NCBI GenBank assembly: GCA_965202585.1
Contig: OZ241833.1
Coordinates: 23,374,001 to 23,438,000, forward strand
Reading direction: 5' to 3'
DNA length: 64,000 nucleotides
Source of the DNA: Thalia democratica
Lineage: Eukaryota
Under the pieces are notes generated by a model that was given only the letters and a program-made list of their open reading frames with translations, was not told the DNA's origin and ran no database searches. A program made the position numbers and the translations under genes. This document shows positions 1 to 11,330 of this stretch, piece by piece. Each line of letters begins with the position of its first letter. The first letter of the stretch is position 1.

Positions 1-502
1 CTAAGTTGTAATAAAAAATCTGTAAACGATTTTGGTTAGGCATCGGCAGTCTTTTGTAAGAAAAGGGCTACTTTTTTTTGAATCAATTGTCTCGCCATCC
101 ACATAGAAAAAGTCTTTTGCGTGCCGCATTTATTTGATACAGTTGTAATGATGAATAAAATAATATCATTTATGTCCATTTTTAGGATAAAATATGCACT
201 AGCACAGTGATTACTAGTTTTTGAAGTACAAATCAAAAACTGTTTTTAGTACGTTTTTAGATTAGAAGTACACCATAAGCGCAGATTTCGCTGATTCATG
301 ATTTAAGTTTTCATTTGAAAAAGCAAAACCCAGTTTTGAGAAAGCTTCGTTATATTATGTAAACTTTTTTTATTTTATTACATAAAATGTTATTCAATAA
401 ACTGTTACAGAAACAAGTATTTATGATTAGCAATGTGAAAAAAGCCATATGTCGCCACGATTTCTAAATTTAAGATTTACTTTGTACAATTTCTAATACC
501 CC

Positions 503-686
503 AGGTCTCAGTAGACTGGTTTCATTTTATTGAAATTCGTCAGTCTCAACCGAAAAAATCTGCAATCTTCAATCTACAAACAACTTATCATGTTTTGCCA
601 TGAAGTTCTTTCTAAGATTGTTGGTTTTTTTCGGCTGCGGCTGACTGACGAGTTTCAATAAGAACGAAACCAAGGTCTCAGTCTAC
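503..686. mobile_element. Small MITE-like inverted-repeat element
   Basis: GGTTTCATTTTATTGAAATTCGTCAGTC..CAACCGAAAAAA (from 518) is the near reverse complement of TTTTTTCGGCTG..GACTGACGAGTTTCAATAAGAACGAAACC (to 671). Both ends carry AGGTCTCAGT. No TSD resolved. Confidence 0.6.
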
Positions 687-3600
687 CGAAAGCTTGTAGT
701 ATAATAATCGATGGTATGATCAAGCTTTTATGTTAACTTGAGCTTGTCTCACAGCATACAAAAGTTCGGGCGTAGGCTCTGTAGACTTTCGCCGATTTCT
801 TAATTAAAAAAACAATGAATAACATAAAATTATTTATTTTCTCTTTGATTGGGAGCATTGTTTTTCTCTGAGTTCATCTCAGAAGAAGTGTATACAGTAC
901 ATAAAAATTGTATAAACAACAGAAAATATTTTGATTTATATAGACAACTTCAACAGTTCAATTAATACAATTCAGATTATTCTGGAGGTCATACATCATT
1001 ACTAATACATATACAAAAAAAAATTCTGTTTTTTTTAGTTTTAATTAAAAAATTTACATTCAAATCCAACGATAGATAAACTTAGAAATTTTAAGCAAGA
1101 TATTCTAAAAACAGTTATCTTTAGCTTATTATCATATATAGTTTTAAGGGGATATTTAACTTTATTTTTCTATTAAAAGCAAGTTTGATTAAGATAACAA
1201 AGTAAACATATCCACTACTGAAAAACTTTTTTGAGCTGTTCAGATGGTGTTTTTAATTTTTATATAAGCAGACCATCATGTAAATTTTTATACTTTTTGT
1301 TTTACTTTTCAAAGTAAATAAACTAGTTGAGCTCTGTACTTTTAAATCAAGAAGTAAACTTAAGTACAAAATTTTCAATTAACTTCTGCTTAATCTAGTT
1401 ATTTTAACACAAAAAGCAAGTATTAGTTCATACGCAATGATTATCATCTAAATGCTTTAGAATCTTTTTTATAAAGACGTTTAAACCTAATTTATGCAAG
1501 CAACAGTACGTTTATCAATCAAATATTTATAAGTTCTTATAAATGTTGTTTGTCGATATTTTTTACTATTGTTTGTTTTATTCATTTATTTATTTATATG
1601 TTCGCTTATCTTAATTAAATTATGATTCATTTATTTATAGATACGTAATTATAAACTGTTAATCTATCTCTAACTAATTTTGGTTAGTTACGCTAATTAA
1701 TAATAGTTAATGTTTTTTGATGAAACCTCTAACTGTTTACTTACTCAAGTTTTAGTTTTAAAATTAGTTGCTAACAAAAGTAATTGGTAAGTGTTAGCTG
1801 AAATCGATTTTATTTGTTTGCTAAATAAAAATGTTTTTGAATGAATCATGACTTAAACTTCTGTTTAATATATGTAGTAAAAAAAAGTTATATTATTACT
1901 AATTTAAATATTTAACTAAAAAAGCTTACCACCATAGAAACGCGTTTGCTAGACCGGTTGCCAGTTATTTTGAGTTTTTTTTTCCCTTTTTGAAATTTGA
2001 GCCAGTTTTATGAAGGTCATAGCGTCGTATCTGATTGTGACGAAGATCGTAACACCACTTCTATATGGGTAGGACTTTTTATGGGTAGTTTTTTTTCGAG
2101 CAATATTGGGTACTTTTCATGAGTATAATTTCAGCAATTTTGCAAAAAAGGCTCCAATATTTTCATGACGTCATAGCATATTTTGGGTAGTTTTGATTTT
2201 AAAATTATACAAAAAAGTTGTAAAAATACGTCGCGCTGAAAAGTAAATTGAACAATTTTACATTTAAAAATTCTATATAAATGGCTTCATTAAAAGCCGT
2301 ACTGCTAGTTTTTGGAGCTTTATTTTTGTAAACACAAGAACAAGCGTCTCTGTTTATAAAAAATACGCTTTCTATGTAAATTTTAATTGTAAACAAATTC
2401 AACCACGTCTATAGAAATAAAATAAAAAAACTATTTTAATTATTTACTAAGTTTAAATGAAATGTAATGACAATTATAAAGTGGGTTGTTTTTAATTTAT
2501 GTGTAATTTTCTTTGAGTCATGTGTAATTTTTAAACTTATTTACTAAGTTATAACTACAGAAGAACATTAATTAAACTGTAATTACTAGTAATTTTGAAA
2601 TTATACATTTGAAACTTATTTAACATGATACAATAAGACTTCTTCTATGTTATGATTTTCGTAAAACACATACTTGACCAGTTAATATAATGATTAAAGC
2701 CGGTAATGTGATGTGTATAGATAAACTAAAATAAGGCATAAATAACCAATTTAGTTTTAATTAAATCTAAAGAGACTACTCTAATTTTGTTTAGAAACAA
2801 AAACCTAGTAAAGTTTTAATTTATTGTAAGCTGTTTATCATAATTATTTAAATAATTCTTTAAACAAGCCATAAGGGTTCTAAAATTTATTTTTAACAAA
2901 TTTTATTACTTGCTCTTATTTCTAGTTAAAGCTTAAGTTAAAACTGTAAAATTATTCAATTATAACTATAACATTTTATTATACTATAAACTTTAAATCG
3001 AATTCAAAGTTAACTTTAGTTGTATACAAAAATAAGTATCATCTGTAATTTTAATTAATAAATAAAGAAATGAAACATTTTCGCATTTGTTAAAAATTTA
3101 TTATTTTAAACTATATTAATTTTTTCACACACACAACAACTTAAAAAAAACGTTATATTTATCTAAATGTATAAGATTCATATTTTATTATAGAACACAA
3201 TAAAAAATTCACTTATCTTAAGTATTCAAAATAATCCAAACATATTTTGAAAAAATTGTTTTTTAAAAGCAGAAAACAAAACATCTATCTTTAATACTAA
3301 AACTAAATGTGTTGAAAAATTAAAAACAGGTATATAAATCTAAAACATACAATCTTTAGTATAACAAAAAATGAAATATCATTAGTCCTAGGTAATATTG
3401 TTTAAAATAAGCAATTTTCGGTTATTAATATTAATACTACAGAAAATTAACACAACAAAAATCTAGTTTAAATGTTTACTGACAGTTATAGATCATTGAA
3501 AACAACAATTCTGATTTTATAAAATAAACAGTTAAGTATGTAACCATGATTTACTTTTAATTACATGGTCAAAAATTGAAACAGACTAACTCAGATAAAA

Positions 3601-3803
3601 ATTTATTTTTACAATTGAACTAAAACAGCACTTAACAAAAACAAAGTTAAATCTAACAAATAAAGAAACTAAAAAGAAATACTAAAACATACAATTTTTA
3701 GTATAACAAAAAAATGAAGTATCATTAGTCCTAGGTAACTACTTGTGCACTAATAATTTATAGAGGCAAATATAGTACTTTAGTTCAATCACAATAAAAG
3801 TAT

Positions 3804-4336
3804 GTGAAAAAGAGTTCAAAGAAGTTTATCTAAGTGAAGTTCATAAGTTTGTTTAGGGCCACTTAACACTTGACAAAGTGTACACTTTGACACATATGAG
3901 GTGGATAGAGTTGCAGTCAAATTACAATTGGGATCACCCATAGATAGTATTCCAATCTTAAACTAAATGAATTGTCTAAAAGTATTTGCTTGGATTGTCA
4001 AGAACAAAGATGCAGTTGTAAAATAAAAGATACATATACTTTACAATAGACTCAGTACTTTCTAAAACAATGTAAGTGTGAGCACCACAAATGTGGATGG
4101 GAGTAGACCACAATGCACGCAGTTGACACTAAATTTGACAATTGATATATATATATTAATACATTCTATCCACATGTAAATGGTCTAGAAGAAATTACAG
4201 CCAAATTTCTAAACACAGTTTTTAATTTTAAAGCTCTTGGAAACGAAGTAAGTATAACAATTCAATGTTCTTCAAAACTTTTGATACTAACAAATATTGG
4301 CAGCCAAATTATTTTGTTATTTTGTTGTATAAGGTA
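3804..4336 (+). pseudogene. Degenerate inverted copy of the vertnin-like OTU ORF
   Basis: Translates in pieces as VHFDTYEVDRVAVKLQLGSPIDSIPI...LKVFAWIVKNKDAVVKIK...WMGV...INTFYPHVNGLEEITAKFLNTVFN...WQPNYFV, matching the 5844-4885 ORF. It has stops and frameshifts, and most of the catalytic-loop segment is deleted. Confidence 0.85.
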
Positions 4337-4339
4337 ACT

Positions 4340-4985
4340 TTTTATCAAAAAGCTGTATTTGGAAAAAAAAGATTATTTTTCAAAAACATGTTCTGTTGAG
4401 TTACTATAAAACTTATTTAAACAACTCAAAGAATATGATTCGATTAAAATAGTTTGGTATACAATAAAACATTCTTTAGATAAAAACTTTATCAGGGTGG
4501 TCAATGTTGTTTTATCTAAAGAATTTAAAAGATTTCTGTTTCAGTACAAAGGTACCCAACCAATGTTTTGTAAGAAAATCCACCATAAAAGTAAAAGTTA
4601 ATACTCTTAAAAGTAAAAAAAAATCAGAGTATAATTGATGATCCAAATTTAAATACCAAGTCAATTAAAAATGTGAAGTATAGAATTAACACCAAGCATA
4701 AGGATAAAAATATTGCAAACGATCTAGAGAATAGTTTGAAGAAAATAGGTGATTCATTCAATCTACTAAAATTCTTAATAATCCTATACTTACTAACGTC
4801 CATAAAAACTTACCTTCATTGATTCTTTTCACAGAGGATCAGTTTGTTGACATGGTCACAGGTTATGCTCAACTAGGTTCAGTTTTAAGTGTAGACAGAA
4901 CTTTTAATCTGGGTACATATTTCTTGACAGCTATTACTTTCAAAAACAAAAAAGTAACTTTCAGAAATAATAGTTCTGTTTTTAG
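4340..4985 (+). pseudogene. Truncated MULE-type DDE transposase fragment
   Basis: Reads ...KSIKNVKYRINTKHKDKNIANDL.../NVHKNLPSLILFTEDQFVDMVTGYAQLGSVLSVDRTFNLGTYFLTAITFKNKKV. D-x-T-F-N-L-G resembles the first catalytic Asp region of invertebrate MULE-like transposases. Frameshifted upstream and cut off at about 4985. Confidence 0.6.
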
Positions 4986-5844
4986 CATTAAAGTTATCTA
5001 CAAAATCATCTGAACTATCACTGGAATAAGTTTTTTGAGGCTCATTTTGTTTATTGTTTTTAACTGTTTTAAACAAATTCTCACTTAAACTTGAATCAAC
5101 ATTAACACTAGCATTTGAAAAATCATCACTGTCTTTATCATCGCTGTCAACAATTATAATTCTTCTTTTACTTATTTTAAATTTACTGTTTTGCTTAACT
5201 TTACTTACCAAACTAACAAAATGGTTTGGCTGCCAATGTTTACTAGTATCAAAAATTATGGAAGACCATTGAATTATTATACTTACTTCATTTCCATAAA
5301 CTTTACAATTAAAAATTGTGTTAAGCAATTTGGCTATAGTATTTTCTAGACCATTTACATATGGGTAGAATGTATTTATATGTATATTAAGTGCCATTGC
5401 ACTGCATGCAATGTGGGCAACTCCCATCCACGTTTGTGGTGTTCTCACTTGCATTGTTAAAGAAAATACAGAGTCAAATGTAAAGTGTTTGTACTTTTCT
5501 CTTATTTGTACAACTGCATCTTTATTTTTAACCATCCAAATAAATACTTTTAACCTAATTTCTTTATGATGGTCTTCAATACCATACAGGGACTGGGAAA
5601 TAGCTTCAAACAAACAATCCCCAGCCCCTGAGTTTTGGATTGGTATGCAGTCTGTGGGTAACCCTAATTGTAGTTTGACTGCAACATCATCAACCTTTTG
5701 AGGTGGTTCAAAGTGTACATTTTCTCGATATGGGTCAAGTGGCCCTAAACCAAACTTAGGAAGTTCTTTCAAAAAAATCTCTGTAAAATCTTTTTCACCT
5801 AAGTGTTTCCACTTTCGAATGAAATTAAATGCTTCTTTTGCCAT
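4885..5844 (-). CDS. Transposon-borne vertnin-like OTU-family cysteine protease ORF (319 aa); C-terminus probably truncated at the internal junction
   Basis: Open ORF with SGAGDCLFEAISQSLYG..HKEIR, TWMG..HI, FYP and WQPNHFVSL, the Cys...His arrangement of OTU/vertnin-like domains. It is followed by an acidic Ser/Asp-rich linker. Confidence 0.75.
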   Translation of the reverse strand: MAKEAFNFIRKWKHLGEKDFTEIFLKELPKFGLGPLDPYRENVHFEPPQKVDDVAVKLQLGLPTDCIPIQNSGAGDCLFEAISQSLYGIEDHHKEIRLKVFIWMVKNKDAVVQIREKYKHFTFDSVFSLTMQVRTPQTWMGVAHIACSAMALNIHINTFYPYVNGLENTIAKLLNTIFNCKVYGNEVSIIIQWSSIIFDTSKHWQPNHFVSLVSKVKQNSKFKISKRRIIIVDSDDKDSDDFSNASVNVDSSLSENLFKTVKNNKQNEPQKTYSSDSSDDFVDNFNAKNRTIISESYFFVFESNSCQEICTQIKSSVYT

Positions 5845-5916
5845 TTTAGTAACTTAACACTACAAATATACCTGTTAGTAAAACATTAAATTTAGTTTAA
5901 TAAAAAAAAATACTTA

Positions 5917-5935
5917 GGGCTTGGGGAGGGTGGGG
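5917..5935 (+). other. Putative G-quadruplex motif upstream of the OTU ORF
   Basis: GGGCTTGGGGAGGGTGGGG: four G3+ runs with short loops in a very AT-rich context. Confidence 0.5.
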
Positions 5936-7999
5936 TTAGTCTTTTTTGTATAACTTGATCTTACTTTGTTGAATTTTAACTAAGCTTTGAGTTACTTTTT
6001 ACAGAATTTTTTTATTAAAATAGTTTTGTGAGAAATAGCCTGTTTAAGTTGGAGAATACAATAGGTTGCTTATGATAGGGGTTAACTACTACTAAAAATC
6101 TTTCTACTCCTACGTTTTTGAGATCAATACCATAAACAGATTTTTTTTAAACTTTCTTCATGTTTTTAGAGTTTCTTCTAAGTTTTTAAGGCAACAAGTA
6201 TATTGATCTATCTATAGCATAAACTAATAAATTTAAGGTAAATAACTATCTTAAATAGTATAACAACACTAAAGTGATATTGTAAAAATACTTAAAATGT
6301 GTTTATAGTTAAATAATTTTATTGATAGAAATAAAAACTCATATACATGATAGACTTATTATATCTAATTAAAACTTTATTATTTTACATGCAGAAATAG
6401 TTTAAAAATCATATATTTTTTGGTGATTTTTGATTGAAATACCAAATTTTTTTTTTTTTTATTCCACAGACTCAAGGTGTTTTCAGTTTTTGTTTAAACT
6501 GTCAAGTTCCTGGATTCCAGGTGTTTTGGCAACCCTGTCAAATCTTAAGGAAATATATCTTTGAATATTTATAAAAAGAAAGAAAACAAAATAAAAGATG
6601 ACAACAAAAACCTATTGTACTCACTAATATAATTTTTTATCTTAAAAATTTGTTTTAGTATTAAAAATCTGTATAAGGCTACTTGTGGTTTACTTAAAAA
6701 TCTGTAAAATAACATCAAGTTGTAATAAAGCTGATCTACACCCTTCCTGTAACTACACTAAGTTTTTTATTGAAATTTTGTTCAATTTTTTCCAAATTTA
6801 ACATACTTTTTTAATTACAAGTCTTATTTATTTATCTATAAAAAAAAAAGATCAGAATTTTAAGTTATTCTAGGATTTTATACAACATTCCAAGATTCAA
6901 ATAAACATCTAGGTTTGATGACCATCACTTTAGCTTTATTTCAAACTAAAAAAAGCTAGGTTTTATTGAACTACAAAACTTATGTATAACTTGTTCAAAT
7001 TTTTAATGACTTAAATTCATCAATAATAAACTATAAAGGAAAAATTAAAAAAATAATAGCTTTATTTGTTTTTAGTTTGAAATTGTAACTTACACAAAAA
7101 ATATCAGAGTTAGAAATTATATTTCTATAACTTTAATAACAAAGGGAAATAATTTGTACTATTTAATTGTTTTTATTCATATTTATGCATTTTCATATTT
7201 AAAAAAATAAACAATGTGAATTTGTCATAGGCCTGGACAGCAATTTTGCTTTGTTTACAAAGTTTAAGCTTCAAAACTACCCAAAGTAAAGTTAATGACG
7301 TCATCAAAATATTGGGTACTTTTTTTGCAAAATTGCTGCAATTAAAAGTACCCAATATTTAAAACTACCCATAAAAAGTCCTACCGCTTCTATATAAATA
7401 ACCGCGACGGTTGCAAATGACGTTCTTTCCCCTGTTTAAATCAAAATTATAAACACAAGTATTAGTAAAATTTTGTGGTTTGTCATATATGGATAATAGC
7501 ATAATCTGTTTTACTTTAGATCTTTAGTTTGTTGAAAACAGTTTATTAAGTTTTTAAAAATAGCGTGGATAAATTAAAACTTTAAATTTGAGTCTAAGTC
7601 TGAGCGACATTATAAGTAAACTATTTTACAACAAAAAAAATCGCTAACAAAACAAAATACTTTAATAACTCTAATTTAACTTTAATCACTCAAATAAAAA
7701 AAAGTTAGATTTAACATAATAAACTAATTATAAACATACATTTAACAAAAAAATAAATCTGTTGATCTTGTAACAATTTCAAAGCACGGAAATACTTCTT
7801 GCCTGGTTTTCCAATTGTCCGCTGCTCGAGGACCTGTATGACGTCAACGTCAGGCTTGGCGCTAAACATTAACCGAACAAAACTCTAATACTTGGTTTTC
7901 TTCTAGCGGTTGTCTTCAAATCTTTCGCCTCCTACTTTGCTAGTTTGTTTGGCTACAAGGACTTTGTGTGTTACTTAAAGTACAGAATATATTTTTTGT

Positions 8000-9390
8000 A
8001 GTGAGCAACTAACGAGTAAATCGTAATATTATGGCAGAGTTACCAAATTTTTAAGAGAAAATAGCTACACAATAGTTCGAGAAAGATATTTTTGTTAAAA
8101 TAACAACAAATTTTTATACGATACTCAGAACTTTTTCTTTCTAAAATTCTAGCAACCTTGCATTGTGGTATAAATACAACTCTTTTATTTTTTTAAAATA
8201 AGTATTTTTAGCCCTGGGTAGTGACATTGAAGTATTAAGTTTGTAGAATCGGAAGTTTTTGATATTCCGGTTTGCGGCCTTCTCCGTTTAGGAATTATCA
8301 TTTTACCACATTTATATAAGGGATTTTGTACAAAGGTTCTGCTTCTATTGCTGGATACTTAGGTTCTGTAACTAGTTTTATTTGATAGACCTTAAAAGCT
8401 GCTACTTCTATTGTATATTAGAAGCTAGTATTTTATTTTTTTGACCAAACTGGTTACTAAATAAAGGTTTTGTGCCTGGAAAAGCTGTAAAATGATTTGG
8501 TTTTTTTAAGGACAAGGTTTAGGGATTGATTTTTTTACCATCCATGTGTTAATCATTAACGGCTCAGGAGTTAGTGCTTCTTTACTTAAACCAGGAAAAA
8601 TTTTTAACTAACAATTTCAGGAAGTGTTTCGGTGACATCACGTTCTGGTTGTTCATATCTCGTATTGCGTCATCTGAGAGGCTATTGTTGAGTTCGAACT
8701 GGTCTTGCTTCCCACTTCTCCTCTTTACTCATACTTTTATTATGGTGCTTCAAGTTTTGAGCTTGCAAGCCAATTCGTGTCGCAAAATCATCAGTGAACT
8801 TGTCACCCCAACAACTATCTCGTTGGCTCACAAAATGGTTGTCTTTAAAGTGTCTACGTAGCGTCTTGTAGCATCTGAAATAATATCTGCTCCTTTTGGC
8901 AGCTTCAACTTCAGCGCGTCTGTCGCAGAAGTGACAAAACAAGTGATCTTTGCGCATGTGCGTGTACAGATGGTCTCTGTTGTAAAAATGTTGCGTACAA
9001 AGCGAGTTATGAGGGTGTCCATTGTGAAACATTTTTTTTTACCTTCGCCCACGCATTCGAGTATATTTAACTATTTCATCTAGTAACTGAACTCGCTTAA
9101 GAACTTGTGATCATGGGTCAGACACAAGTCACAGTAATGTAAGTTGTGATATTCTTTCATGTGTTGGTTTGTTTCTTCCACTTTTTTGTTATAGGTCTGT
9201 AAATACAGATGGGAAAACTTGAAGCAAGAAAAAGATAGCGGTTCTCCAGATATCATAACTCGATCGAACTTTGCTCTACATGTCGGTTGAATATAATTTT
9301 TAGAAATAACATTGAGCTTCATTGAGCTTCATTGTGTGATTGCATTTAGAGATAGCATACTGCTGTACTTCAACACTACATACTATACAA
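8000..9390 (-). pseudogene. ZNF598: ZNF598 (Hel2-like RING/C2H2 E3 ligase) decayed copy, apparently intronless
   Basis: N-terminal RING CIVCSVEVQQYAISKCNH...PTCRA; QHMKEYHNLHYCDLCLTH; HNGHP...HLYTHMRKDHLFCHFCD...YKTLRRHFKDNHF...DKFTDDFATRIGLQA all match ZNF598 blocks. It shows stops, a 10-bp duplication (9311-9330), an internal deletion and lost Zn ligands. The lower boundary is approximate. Confidence 0.75.
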
Positions 9391-9490
9391 TTATAGTCGG
9401 AATTATCGAAAACAGCTAGTTTAATAACTTCATCTTTACTTTTGACATTATCAGACTTTTTCTCAAATCCTCTTACAGTTTCTTTGTTTT

Positions 9491-9900
9491 TACGTGGACG
9501 TCTAGGATTTTCATAGTACTCGATTGCATTAGAATTTTATCGTAACTTTTTTCACAAAAAAGACTATTTAGAATATTAATTTTTTTTCTGGTGCTTGATC
9601 CGCTTTTTTTGTAATTACGTGAATATCTAGGATTTTTTTTTCAAAGTATCTACTTGCGTTATAAATTTCATCGTATCTATTTTCAAGAAAAGTTTCAATG
9701 CTTTTGACAATATCAACTTTTTTTTTCAAATGCAGCTTCTTTAGTGTTACGTGAGCGTCTAGGATTTTCAAAGTACTCAGTGGCGTAAAAATTTTCAACG
9801 AGTTTATTTTTCTTAGAAAGACAATTTTATTGAGTGTTTTTATTATCAAAAGTTTTTCATACGTTACAGCCTCTCGGTCGGTACGTGAATGTCTAGGATT
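9491..9900. repeat. Tandem array of about 130-bp units (4 unit starts)
   Basis: TACGTG(G/A)..GTCTAGGATTTT motif recurs at 9491, 9616, 9748 and 9882 (spacing 125, 132, 134). Confidence 0.8.
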
Positions 9901-11210
9901 CTTTTTATACAATCCAAATTGGTTGTATTTCCACTACGGGTAGCTGTTTTGTATGATGTTTTACTTGAGTTTTCACTGTGAGCTGTTCTTAATTACTATA
10001 GAATCTGCACTAAGAATATTAGTAGTTAAATTATAATAGCAACAAATATATAAGAATTTTTATCTGTTTTATGATAGTAGTTTAGTATTAAAGCTTGTTT
10101 TGTAAACACTATAATTCTGTTTAAAGATAATACTAAACTTTAGTATATAAACTTTAAAATAACTAAAACTTTTATTGATTGAAATTTTTTGTGGATTATA
10201 AAACTATTAGCTAGTGTAAGTTCCTACAAACTAGCATTAAATGAACTTTATTAATTAAACATTCATAGTTTTTGAGATTTACACCTAAAATTTTTCCTTA
10301 GGGCTCCCTTCTTACACTAATGAAATTTATTTGCCGAAAATTGAAACTATGTTATTAAATCGAAAAACTTATAATATCTAACTTGTTCAGATTGCAAAAA
10401 AAATTGATTTTTCAAAGAAAAACGTTGTTTAATCAGTAACTTTAAATAAGTTGATAAAATTTATTGTGGTGTTTTGAAAAATTTTAAAATAAGAAACATT
10501 TATATACAACTCAATTATAGATTAGTTCATAAATGTTACTTACTAAAGCTTTAAAACAGATTTATTTGATGAGTTGCTAAAACTACTTGATAGTAGGTAG
10601 TATTTTTATGCTTTTTATAAAACTAAATCAAAGTTGTTTCTTATTTGAAAAATAAAAATCCGCCAGACTCAGCCTAAACGTTTTAAATTAATTTAGTAAA
10701 TGTCACAAAACAAGTGAATTGCTGTTAAAAAATGAAAACTAAAAATGCATAAACAAAAAAACTTTATTTATAGCAAAAAAATATAGTAAAAAGAGTCATA
10801 AAACTAGCATAATATTTTGCAAAACTAAAACGGTTGAATTTTGGTTATAGATAATGTTTCATAAATAACCAAAAATAGTTCAAAACACTAACAAATAAAA
10901 ATTTCAATGGTTTAGGAGCTAGAAGTATGATAAGTTTGTAGAAAATTGTTTGTATCTTTATCAGTTTTACAATCTAAGCTGTTACTTATAGCTCTCCTTA
11001 CTATTTATGATACTATTGACTACCTTTTGCTAAATAAAAGTTTCATTTTCAAAATATTTCTGTTTAAAGTTTCTAATTAGTTTTAATAAGTATAATTAAA
11101 ACCACTAAGTAATACTTATCAAGTTTTTTTTTCGTACTAAACTAAAGTTACTATTTTTAAAACAAAAAACTAAGCTTTTTTAAGTAACATAGTCCATAAA
11201 ACAAGTGTCC

Positions 11211-11330
11211 TAGACAAGACGTTAAAAGGTATCCAAGTAGTGTGCGACTCGATAACCGAAAGGTTCCTTTGTACACCAGGTCCAAGGACCAAATACTTTG
11301 AGCGTATTTTTCATCGTTCAATAAACTAGT
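11211..11330 (+). repeat. Dispersed repeat, copy 1 (copy 2 at 31641-31730)
   Basis: TAGACAAGACGTTAAAAGGTATCCAAGTAGTGTGC is identical at 11211 and 31641, with further similarity downstream. Confidence 0.75.

Larger units (their letters stand above)
2067..7386. mobile_element. Mutator-like (MULE) DNA transposon, non-autonomous, 5320 bp
   Basis: TIRs of about 120 bp (2067-2196 GGGTAGGACTTTTTATGGGTAG...; 7271-7386 ...CTACCCATAAAAAGTCCTACCG). Perfect 9-bp TSD CTTCTATAT at 2058-2066 and 7387-7395. Internal fragment with a DRTFNLG transposase-like motif. Long TIRs plus a 9-bp TSD are MULE hallmarks. Confidence 0.8.

Noticed and set aside
36-236. Minus-strand ORF and an alternate frame reading RHAKDFFYVDGETID...
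   Set aside because: No recognisable homology or splice boundaries, and it lies at the window edge.
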